A stretch of DNA of 17,937 bases from an uncultured Myxococcales bacterium (GCA_964460115.1 CAYWPR010000110.1:1-17937), one strand, 5' to 3'. Shown: positions 1 to 7,714, numbered from the stretch's first letter. Notes: generated by a model not told the origin, from the sequence alone. Program-made: numbers and translations.

Positions 1-980
1 TAAAGCCACGGTGGCGGACGATTTCCCGACGATGGCGTGCGCACATTGCCAGAAATGACGTTGTGGCACTGCTCGGCCAGCGTCTTGCCTAAAAATGGCG
101 GCATTCCACAAACCGCCTCGAAAAGCGCAATGCAGAAACTAAATTGATCAGTTCGTCCGTCTGTGGTCTTGCCGCGAAATTGCTCCGGAGACATATATCG
201 CGGAGTTCCCATCAAGGCTCCGGACTGCGTCAATGGAGCGCTTAAGGGCTGCGTTTCTCCGATTCTGTTTAAAATATTTGAAGAAACTCCGGAAACTCCG
301 GAATGTGCGGAAGCTTCGGAAATTTGTGTGGCTGCAAGAGCTGAGGAAGGGTCGGCCGCGCTGCCTTCTGCCTCCGGCGGGGGCCCGGGAATCTGAAGTT
401 TTTGAATGTCGATGCCGGCGCTTGAATCTCGTCGCTCGACATCGCGGGCCAAGCCAAAATCCATGACCCGGGCGCGTCCATCTTTGCCCACAAGCACGTT
501 ATCCGGTTTGAAGTCGCGATGGATGAGCCCGGCGGCGTGGGCGGCGGCAAGTCCGCAGCCTGCTTGATGGAAAATCTCCAGAATTTCATTGCGCGTGCGC
601 GGTTTTTCCTTCAACCAATCGCCCAGCGTGCCGCCTTCGACAAATTCCATAGCGACAAAGACCTGGTCAAAGGCCGTGCCGACGTCAAACACCGAGATGA
701 CATTGGGATGGGCCAGCCGGGCCATGGCTTGGGCCTCGCGCAAAAGGCGCACCCGTCCTAGTGAATCGTCGGCCGAGGAGCTTTTATGACGCAAAAGCTT
801 GATGGCCACCTTGCGGTTTAGCTCCGGATCATAGGCTGCGTAGACGACGCCCATGCCTCCGGCTCCAAGCCGGCTAAGCACCAAGTATCGGCCGATGCTG
901 GCGCCGCGCGGCAGGGCATCACTAGTCACGGCCGTATTCTTCGCATCGGACTTGGAGGGAGAGGGCTGCGTGATAGACAT
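1..980 (-). CDS. Hanks-type Ser/Thr protein kinase, partial (start at 980; C-terminal part continues beyond window start)
   Basis: Reverse-strand translation from ATG at 978-980 gives MSITQPSPSKSDAKNTAVTSDALPRGASIGRYLVLSRLGAGGMGVVYAAYDPELNRKVAIKLL (Gly-rich loop GAGGMG and VAIK lysine). It continues with HRDFKPDNVL (catalytic loop), MDFGLAR (DFG) and GTPRYMSPEQ (APE-like). Frame stays open to position 3, so the 3-prime end is outside the window; the track omits it because it runs off the edge. Confidence 0.85.
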   Translation of the reverse strand, partial: MSITQPSPSKSDAKNTAVTSDALPRGASIGRYLVLSRLGAGGMGVVYAAYDPELNRKVAIKLLRHKSSSADDSLGRVRLLREAQAMARLAHPNVISVFDVGTAFDQVFVAMEFVEGGTLGDWLKEKPRTRNEILEIFHQAGCGLAAAHAAGLIHRDFKPDNVLVGKDGRARVMDFGLARDVERRDSSAGIDIQKLQIPGPPPEAEGSAADPSSALAATQISEASAHSGVSGVSSNILNRIGETQPLSAPLTQSGALMGTPRYMSPEQFRGKTTDGRTDQFSFCIALFEAVCGMPPFLGKTLAEQCHNVISGNVRTPSSGNRPPPWL

Positions 981-1137
981 CCAATCTATTATCTTACTAA
1001 AAGCTGCGCGACGACGGGCATTCATAAGGAGGCGCTCGACGCTCAGCATGCGTTGGGAATGCTGGCCAAATTCACTGCGGAAGATTCGCTGCGGAAGATC
1101 CGCTATGCTGAGTTTGGGCGTATCGCCTTTTGTCACA
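981..1137. promoter_or_regulatory. Divergent intergenic region between kinase gene (-) and secreted-protein gene (+); presumed to hold both promoters
   Basis: Non-coding gap between two divergently oriented starts (980 minus, 1138 plus). No specific -35/-10 or operator recognised; assignment is by position only. Confidence 0.3.
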
Positions 1138-1698
1138 ATGCCAGGACTTTTGCGTGTGCTTTTGTTTTTACTTTTGTGCTGGCCAGCCGCGGCTACTGCG
1201 CAGTCGCCGCAATTGCCACACGGCAAATGGCAGCTTGTCGAGTCTTCGGGCGAGGAAATCTGCGTGGAAGTTCTTGAGGACTTTCGGCTGCGTCTGACCT
1301 TTCGCAGCGCCGGATCGGACGATTGGAAACCAATTGTTATAGGTGGTACCTATCGCATCACCGCGAACAAGTTTGGTTCCTTTCACGCCGAGATGAAGAT
1401 TCAGGAAATTCGCCAAAAAGGGATTTCGCGCTGTCGAAAATATGTCGTAGACAACGAGCTGCCGGAGACCACTCAGCTTGGAGTGAAGATGCAGCCGGGT
1501 CAGATTTTGCGCCTGACGTTTCATTTCGCCTGCGCCGACCGAAAAGAGCACCTGCAGCTATGCCTGCATCAAACCGAGACCGAAAAAACGCCTCGAGTGA
1601 TCTGTAAAGATTTTCAGCAAGAAAATGCTTCCTGCCGCAGCCGGTCGGCAAGCGGGCCGGCGATCGACGGCAGCTTGCTCAACCGTCCGCCGAAGTGA
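1138..1698 (+). CDS. Small secreted hypothetical protein (cleavable signal peptide, 6 Cys in mature part)
   Basis: Track ORF 853..1698 overlaps the kinase start on the other strand. The in-frame ATG at 1138 gives MPGLLRVLLFLLLCWPAAATAQSP, a textbook signal peptide with an A-x-A cleavage site, so I truncate to 1138. No family recognised for the mature protein. Confidence 0.55.
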   Translation: MPGLLRVLLFLLLCWPAAATAQSPQLPHGKWQLVESSGEEICVEVLEDFRLRLTFRSAGSDDWKPIVIGGTYRITANKFGSFHAEMKIQEIRQKGISRCRKYVVDNELPETTQLGVKMQPGQILRLTFHFACADRKEHLQLCLHQTETEKTPRVICKDFQQENASCRSRSASGPAIDGSLLNRPPK

Positions 1699-1702
1699 TC
1701 GA

Positions 1703-2479
1703 ATGGGGCGCGGCAGGCAGTTCCTTTTTGTTGTCGGTCGGCAGCTTCGGCGTGGGACCTCATTCTTATGGCGCAGGCGCAAGGCCCTGGCTGCGGTCTT
1801 TACGCGGCGCCGCAGAATCCTTTGGCGGCTTTGCGTCCTTTGCGCTGTGCTTGGTGTGTTGACCGTGGGCCTTAGCAGCCATGTCGTGGGCCGGGCTGCG
1901 CAAGGCCGCCTTTTTGATCTTGAAACCGCGCCGTCTCGGCAAGTCGCCATTGTGTTTGGCGCCGGAGTATTTCCCAACGGTACTTTGACCGCCCCTTTGC
2001 AGGATCGAGTGTGGACGGCGGTGCAGCTTTACCGTTTGGGCAAAGTGCGCAAGCTCCTCATGAGCGGCGACAACGGCCAAACAAGCTACGACGAGCCGAC
2101 GGCAATGCGCGAGTATGCCGTAGCAAAGGGCATACCGCTTGCCGACGTCGCGCTCGACTATGCGGGTTTTCACACCTACGACACTTGCTATCGCGCCCGC
2201 GAGGTATTTGCCGTAAAAAGCGCGACGCTTATCACCCAAGCCTATCATCTGCCGCGTGCGCTTTTTACCTGTCAATCTCTAGGCATTGACGTCATCGGCA
2301 TTCCCGCGGATAGGCACAGCTATCGCCGCTACCTTTGGTATCTTTTGCGCGAGCAAATCTCGCGCGCGCGGGCCTACTTTCAAGTGCGAGTTTTTCGTCC
2401 GCGCCCGCGCTTTTTGGGACCGCAAATTCCCATCGCCGCTGCCACATCGCGCAATTTCTTCGTAAATTCCACGGGTTAG
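1703..2479 (+). CDS. DUF218 domain protein (SanA/ElyC/YdcF family)
   Basis: Track ORF 1625..2479 trimmed to the in-frame ATG at 1703, 4 nt after the upstream stop. An N-terminal hydrophobic helix is followed by VAIVFGAGV...LYRLGKVRKLLMSGDNGQTSYDEPTAMREYAVAKGIP...DYAGFHTYDTCYRAREVF, matching the DUF218/SanA core pattern (G-x-G ... SGG/SGD ... E ... DT). Confidence 0.7.
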   Translation: MGRGRQFLFVVGRQLRRGTSFLWRRRKALAAVFTRRRRILWRLCVLCAVLGVLTVGLSSHVVGRAAQGRLFDLETAPSRQVAIVFGAGVFPNGTLTAPLQDRVWTAVQLYRLGKVRKLLMSGDNGQTSYDEPTAMREYAVAKGIPLADVALDYAGFHTYDTCYRAREVFAVKSATLITQAYHLPRALFTCQSLGIDVIGIPADRHSYRRYLWYLLREQISRARAYFQVRVFRPRPRFLGPQIPIAAATSRNFFVNSTG

Positions 2480-2512
2480 CGAATGTTATTCGTAGTACGA
2501 TAAAAACTGCCA
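2480..2512. promoter_or_regulatory. Two adjacent small palindromes (CGAATgttATTCG 2480-2492; TCGTAgTACGA 2490-2500) immediately upstream of first gvpF/L
   Basis: Inverted repeats read directly in the 33-nt gap before the first gas-vesicle gene. Candidate operator or RNA hairpin; function not established. Confidence 0.2.
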
Positions 2513-3373
2513 ATGAAAGCCTCGACAAGGTTCGCGCCAGCTGACATGCAGAAAACAGGCAGTTGCACCTATGTTTTTTGCGTCACCAAGGGGCAAGCGC
2601 AAGCACCGGCAGGCAGTGGTTTTGCGCCCGACAGCCCGCTGGAATATGTGGTTGCGGAAGATTTGGCAGCGCTGACCTGCCGCGTTTCGCTTGACGAGTG
2701 GACGGGAAAAGACGCCGAAGCGCGGCTTGGCGATTTGCAATGGCTGGGACCACGGGCCGTGCAGCACGAGGCGGTCATTGAAGCAGCGCTGGCGCTGGCG
2801 CCGGTTTTGCCGCTGCGCTTTGGCTGTTTGTTTTCGTCTGCCGCCGCCGTGCAGAACTGGCTTTTGATCTGGCGTGATCAAATTGCCGATTTTCTCAACG
2901 ATATCGCCGACCGCGAAGAGTGGTCGCTAAAAGGCTTTTTGGATGTGCCGCGAGCGGAAGCGGCGCTTTTGGCCAAGGATCCGCGCTTTTCTGCGCTACC
3001 GGCTTCGCCAGGTGCGCGGTATCTGCGCGAACAAAAGCTGCGTCAGGAAATTGCTCGCTCGGTGCGCGTATGGGCCCGCGAGCACGAGCAAGCGGCGCTC
3101 GACGCGCTTTCGGCGCTGGTTCAAAAATCGCGTTCTTTGCGCGCCATCAGCGGCGAACTTTCTGGTCGCAGCGAAGAAGCCGTGTTTCATCGGGCGCTGC
3201 TTGTGCCGCGCCCCTGCCACGCCGAACTTTTGCAGCACATTGAGCCGCTGCAAAAAAACCTGGCAGGGCAGGGACTGCTGCTGGAACTTTCCGGACCCTG
3301 GCCGCCGTACAATTTCTGTCCGACGCTTGCGCCTTCTGCACCTGCGCAAACGCTCGGCAAAAGTGACGCCTAA
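2513..3373 (+). CDS. gvpF: Gas vesicle protein GvpL/GvpF family (paralog 1)
   Basis: N-terminus TYVFCVT...LEYVVAEDLAALTCRVSLDEW, central VLPLRFGCLF and C-terminal LSGPWPPYNF match GvpL/GvpF family hallmarks (YxYGV, LAAVVS-like, LPMRFG, GPWPPYSF). An alternative start at ATG 2546 (MQKTGSCTYVF) is equally plausible. Confidence 0.8.
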   Translation: MKASTRFAPADMQKTGSCTYVFCVTKGQAQAPAGSGFAPDSPLEYVVAEDLAALTCRVSLDEWTGKDAEARLGDLQWLGPRAVQHEAVIEAALALAPVLPLRFGCLFSSAAAVQNWLLIWRDQIADFLNDIADREEWSLKGFLDVPRAEAALLAKDPRFSALPASPGARYLREQKLRQEIARSVRVWAREHEQAALDALSALVQKSRSLRAISGELSGRSEEAVFHRALLVPRPCHAELLQHIEPLQKNLAGQGLLLELSGPWPPYNFCPTLAPSAPAQTLGKSDA

Positions 3374-3391
3374 GCGGCTGCTTGGCGAAAC

Positions 3392-4153
3392 ATGACAAAG
3401 CCCGCTTTTGACCACTGGCTGCTTTGCTGTGTGACTTCCGCTGCGGTCTGCGCCGATGGCGCCGAACTGGCCGATTTGCCGCCCGGGGCTTTTGGCGTAC
3501 GCTGCCGCGGTTTGGCGGCCGGGCCCTTGTTTGGCGTTGCGGCACCGCTTTGTGGCGCTCGGCAAATTGCGCAGCCAACGGCAGAAGATTTGCTCGCCTA
3601 CAGCCGAGTCGTAGACCTTGTGCATGCGCGACATACTGCCGTTCCCATCCGTTACGGCAGTACGTTTGGCAGCGATGCGGCAATTCGTACCTATCTTCAT
3701 GAAAACGCCGCACATTACGAGCGTCTGCTTCAGCAGTTTGTCGACCGAGTCGAAGTCGCCGTACGCACCGCATTTTCTGCCGAGATCGCGCAATCGCTGC
3801 CGTCCCTCGAAAATTCCGCTCCGCGAATTTCCGCCGGGAGCACAGGCACTGCCTATTTGCGTCGCCTGCAAGCGCAGCAGGAAAAAATGCGTGCTACAGC
3901 CGATGCGGCAGCCCGTCAAGGCGAACAGATTTACGCCGCCCTGGCACCGGGCGGATGCCCGCATCGAGTAGAAACGCGCACCGACAACCCCGGCGGAGTC
4001 ATTCGTGACATCGCCGTTAGCTTTTTGCTGAAACGCGACGCCGTGTCGGAATTTCGCCGCCGCGTGGAAGAACTGCAGCAAAAAGCGCAGCGCCCGCTGC
4101 GCTTTTTGGGACCGTTTGCGCCCTATAGCTTCGCCGAGCTTGCACCGCCCTAA
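3392..4153 (+). CDS. gvpL: Gas vesicle protein GvpL/GvpF family (paralog 2, more divergent)
   Basis: N-terminal WLLCCVTSA, then LLAYSRVVDL, VPIRYGSTF and C-terminal LGPFAPYSFAEL, the same family architecture as paralog 1. Calling it gvpL rather than gvpF is arbitrary. Confidence 0.75.
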   Translation: MTKPAFDHWLLCCVTSAAVCADGAELADLPPGAFGVRCRGLAAGPLFGVAAPLCGARQIAQPTAEDLLAYSRVVDLVHARHTAVPIRYGSTFGSDAAIRTYLHENAAHYERLLQQFVDRVEVAVRTAFSAEIAQSLPSLENSAPRISAGSTGTAYLRRLQAQQEKMRATADAAARQGEQIYAALAPGGCPHRVETRTDNPGGVIRDIAVSFLLKRDAVSEFRRRVEELQQKAQRPLRFLGPFAPYSFAELAPP

Positions 4154-4271
4154 TTCGAATAACGAAAACAGCCGTTCCTATTTAAAAGACGTTTTATTAT
4201 TGTAATGATAAATTCATTATTTCGCGATCCTGCATCAAGGCTGCGCATCGCGCTTGTTAAAGGCCAAAGCA
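4154..4271. promoter_or_regulatory. AT-rich island inside the gvp cluster, likely internal promoter/operator for gvpF3-arsA-gvpM
   Basis: A sharp GC drop (taattcgaataacgaaaacagccgttcctatttaaaagacgttttattattgtaatgataaattcattattt) in an otherwise >60% GC locus. It contains TTATTATT at 4194-4201 and a 5-bp inverted repeat AATGA-N5-TCATT at 4204-4218. AAAGG lies 9 nt before ATG 4272. Confidence 0.35.
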
Positions 4272-5027
4272 ATGACCCAAAGCAGCGAACAGTCGGGGGG
4301 CGAGTACATTTATGCGCTGGTCCAAAATGACGGACCGAAAACGCTTGGGGCCATCGGCATTGATGGCGCCGAGGTACGGCGAATTGCAGTCGGCGAGCTA
4401 GCGGTCTTCATCAGCCGCATTGCTCGGCCGCGCATTCGTCCCGAGCGGCGAAATTTGGCCGCGCACAACGCCGTGCTGAAACAAGCCATGGCAAGCGGCA
4501 CGGTTTTGCCCGTCGCCTTTGGCATCATCGCGCAGAACGAGGATGCCGTTCGCGTCGCACTTTTGACGAACCAGCTCGATTTGCAGGCGCAGTTTGCCAA
4601 AGTCGCCAATAAGGTCGAGATGGGTTTGCGGGTGCTGTGGGACGTGCCCAATGTTTTTGAGTATTTCGTCGGCGTGCATCCCGAACTGCGCGCCGCCCGC
4701 GATGCCCTTTCCGATCCGCGGCAGCCGCGCCGCGACGAAATGATCGAGCTTGGCCAACTATTCGATCGAATTCTGAATTTCGAGCGCGAGCGCCACTTCG
4801 AGCGCATTAGCGAGCTTTTCGAAAAGCGCGGTTTTGAGACGCTGCGCAATGCCACGCGCAGCGAACGTGAGGTGCTAAACCTCGCCTGCCTGATTTCGCG
4901 CGACGCGCAAACCGATTTCGAAAACGCCGTCACCGCCGCTGCCGCCGATTTCGACAACAACTACACATTTGATTTCAACGGGCCCTGGGCACCGCATCAC
5001 TTCGTGGCGCTGAACCTCAAACTGTAG
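4272..5027 (+). CDS. gvpF: Gas vesicle protein GvpL/GvpF family (paralog 3)
   Basis: Track ORF 4254 uses a TTG start; I prefer ATG 4272 (MTQSSEQSGGEYIYALV). GEYIYALV...GELAVFISRI...VLPVAFGII...NGPWAPHHFV are typical GvpF/L motifs. Confidence 0.8.
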   Translation: MTQSSEQSGGEYIYALVQNDGPKTLGAIGIDGAEVRRIAVGELAVFISRIARPRIRPERRNLAAHNAVLKQAMASGTVLPVAFGIIAQNEDAVRVALLTNQLDLQAQFAKVANKVEMGLRVLWDVPNVFEYFVGVHPELRAARDALSDPRQPRRDEMIELGQLFDRILNFERERHFERISELFEKRGFETLRNATRSEREVLNLACLISRDAQTDFENAVTAAAADFDNNYTFDFNGPWAPHHFVALNLKL

Positions 5028-5036
5028 TGGGGCGGC

Positions 5037-6995
5037 ATGGCGCATTTGCCGGCATTTCTCTTTCGCGAAGATTTGCAGCTCATCCTTTTTTCCGGCAAAG
5101 GCGGAGTCGGCAAGACGACCTGTGCGGTGGCCAGCGCGGTACATATGGCGCTCGGTGCGCCGAAGTTTCGCTTTCTGCTCGTCTCGGTGGATCCGGCGCA
5201 CTCGGTGCGCGATTGCCTCGGCGAAGATACGCCGCCGCAAAATCTCGACGTCATCGAGCTTGATGCACCGGCTTTGCTGCGTGAATTTCTGACCGCGCAC
5301 GAAGCCACCCTGCGCGAGATTGCTCGGCGCAGCACCTTTTTTGACGAGGCAGATATCGCGCATTTTGCTGCGCGTTCGCTTCCCGGAATGGACGAGCTGT
5401 TTGCCTTTTTGCGCATCGCCGAGTGGGTGCAAAAGGGGGCCTATCAAACGATTCTGGTCGATACAGCGCCAGCCGGTCATACCCGTCGGCTGCTTGAAAT
5501 GCCGCAGCTTTTGCGGGCCTGGACAAAAGCGTGTGACGGACTGCTTGCCAAGCATCGCTACATGGTGCAGCAGTTTCGCGGAGCCTATAAGTCCGATGCG
5601 ACCGATCAATTGCTTGTGGATTTGGCGCAATTTGCCAAGCAGGTCGATGCGCTGCTGCGTTCTGCGGCCAGCTTGGTGGTGCCGGTGCTTGTGCCAGAGC
5701 CGCTGTGCTTGGAAATCAGCCTGAACTTTGTGAATGAACTGCGCGCGCAGGGCATAAAGCTCGGGCCGCTTGTCATAAATCGGCTGCGCAACGCGGAAGG
5801 CTGTGCAAGCTGCGCGCTTGTGGCCCTGGCGCAAAAGCAAGCCTTGGCCGCGCGCCAAACTCAGCTTGCCGACGATGGCGGCGGCTGGGGCCTGCCGCTT
5901 TTGGCAAAAGAAGTGCGCGGTCTGGAACATTTGCGAAATTTTTGGCAGCAGGGCGAACCATATTCTTTCATCGCGCCGCCCGTAAGTACCAAGCTGCCGA
6001 ACTCGATCTCGAGCCCGCGTATCGATATCGAAATCGAAGTGCAAAATCCCGCGGCGCTGCCGCCCCAAACTCAGCGCGTGTTGCTTTTTGCCGGCAAGGG
6101 CGGCGTTGGCAAAACCACATTGGCCTGCGCCACGGCGCTGTTTCTGTCCGCGACCGCGCAGCGCTCGGTCCTGCTAATTTCGACCGACCCGGCGCATTCG
6201 CTGTCCGCGGCGCTGAACGTAGCCATCAGCGCAACCGACACAAGGCTGCCGACCTGGCCGCGGCTCACGGTTGTAGCGCCCGAGCCACAAGCAAAATGGC
6301 AAGCTTGGCGCGACGAATATGCCGACGAGATATCGGCTTTTTTTCGCAAACGCCTGGGCCACGTAGACTTGGCGTTTGATCGGCAGGCCCTGGAGCAACT
6401 GATGGATCTGACACCGCCCGGGCTCGACGAAATCGTCTCGCTGACTCGCGTTGGCGAATTGCTGGCGGAAAATAAGTACGAGCACATCGTGCTGGATACC
6501 GCGCCCACCGGCCACCTGCTGCGGCTTTTAGAGCTGCCGGCCGTGCTCGACGATTGGCTAAAGGGCATTTTCGCCATTCTATTGAAGCAGCAACCGGCGC
6601 TGCGCCTGCCGCGGCTTAGCGACCGTTTGATTGGGTTGTCCAAACAACTCAAGCGGCTGCGCAAAGTCCTTTGGGACGCGCAGCAAAGCAGCTTGTATGC
6701 GGTCAGCATCGCGACTTGTCTGGCGCATGAAGAGACGCTGGACCTTTTGCACGCTTGTCGCCGCTTGTCGCTGCATGTAGGCGGCGTATTTGTCAACCAG
6801 TGCACGCCCGTCGCGAATTGCAAACTGTGCACGGCGCTTTTTCAGCGCGAAACCCAGGTCAACACGGCGCTACAGCGCGAAGTGGCAAACGTGCCGCTGA
6901 CCTGTATCACAGCGGGCACGCCGCCCCTCGGCCTGGCGGCGCTTTTTGCGCTGGGGCAAAAACTATATACATTGGGAGACTCGCTTGGCCGCTGA
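5037..6995 (+). CDS. ArsA/Get3-family anion-transporting-type ATPase, tandem duplicated (two ArsA halves), embedded in gvp operon
   Basis: Both halves carry the deviant Walker A GKGGVGKTT (FSGKGGVGKTT at aa ~19 and FAGKGGVGKTT at aa ~355). Both carry the ArsA A-loop (VSVDPAHSV; ISTDPAHSL) and the ArsA/Get3-specific DTAP(A/T)GH..RLLE signature (DTAPAGHTRRLLEMP; DTAPTGHLLRLLELP). ATG 5037 lies 10 nt after the gvpF3 stop with GGGG upstream. Confidence 0.85.
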   Translation: MAHLPAFLFREDLQLILFSGKGGVGKTTCAVASAVHMALGAPKFRFLLVSVDPAHSVRDCLGEDTPPQNLDVIELDAPALLREFLTAHEATLREIARRSTFFDEADIAHFAARSLPGMDELFAFLRIAEWVQKGAYQTILVDTAPAGHTRRLLEMPQLLRAWTKACDGLLAKHRYMVQQFRGAYKSDATDQLLVDLAQFAKQVDALLRSAASLVVPVLVPEPLCLEISLNFVNELRAQGIKLGPLVINRLRNAEGCASCALVALAQKQALAARQTQLADDGGGWGLPLLAKEVRGLEHLRNFWQQGEPYSFIAPPVSTKLPNSISSPRIDIEIEVQNPAALPPQTQRVLLFAGKGGVGKTTLACATALFLSATAQRSVLLISTDPAHSLSAALNVAISATDTRLPTWPRLTVVAPEPQAKWQAWRDEYADEISAFFRKRLGHVDLAFDRQALEQLMDLTPPGLDEIVSLTRVGELLAENKYEHIVLDTAPTGHLLRLLELPAVLDDWLKGIFAILLKQQPALRLPRLSDRLIGLSKQLKRLRKVLWDAQQSSLYAVSIATCLAHEETLDLLHACRRLSLHVGGVFVNQCTPVANCKLCTALFQRETQVNTALQREVANVPLTCITAGTPPLGLAALFALGQKLYTLGDSLGR

Positions 6996-7086
6996 CGTAA
7001 CTGATCTCAGCTTGACCGATGATGGAAAAAGTCATGCCGTTTCGAATACGACGCGCCACGAAGCGACTCGAGACGAAGAAGAACGC

Positions 7087-7308
7087 ATGTCTTTGTGCGA
7101 ACTGCTCGATCGAGTTTTAAACAAAGGCGTGGTGGTTCGCGGCGAAGTGGTCATTACCGTCGCCGATATCGAGCTACTATATTTGGGTTTGGAACTTATT
7201 CTGTGTGCCACCGAGACGGCGCGCCAGGCCGGTGTGCGCCTGCCAAGCGATATGAACGCAGCGCGGTTTTTGCCCAATCCGCAGGTCGTCAAGGTTCCTT
7301 CGCGCTAA
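7087..7308 (+). CDS. gvpM: Small gas vesicle structural-family protein (GvpA/GvpJ/GvpM family; GvpM-like)
   Basis: MSLCELLDRVLNKGVVVRGEVVITVADIELLYLGLELILCATETARQ matches the GvpA-family core (SL.E.LDR.LDKGVV...V..IELL....R..IAS.ET). VVITVADIELL resembles the GvpM/J type rather than GvpA DAWVRVSLVGIELL. The track ORF starts at TTG 6946 inside arsA; I prefer ATG 7087. An in-frame TTG near 7010 is a possible longer alternative. Confidence 0.7.
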   Translation: MSLCELLDRVLNKGVVVRGEVVITVADIELLYLGLELILCATETARQAGVRLPSDMNAARFLPNPQVVKVPSR

Positions 7309-7714
7309 GGCGCTCTTCCATGCGGCGCAAGCTTGCCTCCATGGCTCGCAGCCGCGCTTCAACCGGATCTGCGGGCCGCGCGACTTCATCTGCTGCTGGC
7401 GCTGCAGCTTTCGCCGGCGCCGCCGCCGGCAGTTCGCTTTGCGGGACGCTTTGAGCAAGCTGATCTTCGACTTGGGCCAGCCGGGCCATCGTGGACCAAT
7501 GCGGGTCGGTTTTCCACCAGTCCATGCCCATGGCCATGGCGCGTTCGACCGAACAGACGACTAGACGAATCTGAATGGTCAAAAGCTCAATTTCGACGAG
7601 CTTTATTTTGATGTCGCCGGCGATGACGATGCCTTTGTCGAGCACTCGCTCTAAAATATCGGCCAGCGTCGAGCCACGCGTCGAGTTGGTAATCGTTGTG
7701 GGACGGTTAGTCAT
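7289..7714 (-). CDS. gvpJ: GvpJ-like gas vesicle protein (GvpA-family core plus C-terminal Ala/Pro-rich extension)
   Basis: MTNRPTTITNSTRGSTLADILERVLDKGIVIAGDIKIKLVEIELLTIQIRLVVCSVERAMAMGMDWW is a GvpA/J-family core. The following ~60-aa low-complexity tail is typical of GvpJ. The 3-prime end overlaps the convergent gvpM-like gene by 20 nt (7289-7308). Confidence 0.8.
   Translation of the reverse strand: MTNRPTTITNSTRGSTLADILERVLDKGIVIAGDIKIKLVEIELLTIQIRLVVCSVERAMAMGMDWWKTDPHWSTMARLAQVEDQLAQSVPQSELPAAAPAKAAAPAADEVARPADPVEARLRAMEASLRRMEERLSAKEP

Noticed and set aside
853-1137. N-terminal 95 codons of track ORF 853..1698
   Set aside because: Overlaps the well-supported kinase start on the opposite strand. 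The internal ATG at 1138 begins a canonical signal peptide, so the longer form is unlikely.
2996-4081. 361-aa minus-strand ORF, plus other long antisense ORFs (3147..3773, 4310..4960, 4875..6068, 6071..6832, 8841..9794, 9086..10078, 10887..11696, 13684..14232, 16544..17002, 16909..17490)
   Set aside because: All lie antisense to or out of frame with genes that have clear family motifs. Their products are Arg/Ala/Pro-rich low-complexity strings typical of spurious open frames in >60% GC DNA, with no recognisable domains.
4219-4253. Possible sigma-54 promoter (GG-N-GC) in ggctgcgcatcgcgcttg upstream of gvpF3
   Set aside because: GG to GC spacing is 11 rather than 10 and there is no TTGC element, so it does not fit the TGGCAC-N5-TTGC consensus.
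5037-6995. Interpretation of the ArsA-family gene as an arsenic-resistance pump subunit
   Set aside because: No arsB, arsR, arsC or arsD is nearby, and the gene is translationally close-coupled within a gas-vesicle operon. I keep the family name but not the arsenic function; the metalloid-binding cysteines still need checking in an alignment.
6946-7086. Track start (TTG 6946) for the GvpM-like gene, overlapping the arsA 3-prime end by 50 nt
   Set aside because: It would add a 47-aa N-terminal extension atypical for the GvpA family and start inside arsA. ATG 7087 gives the usual short N-terminus; an in-frame TTG near 7010 remains possible.
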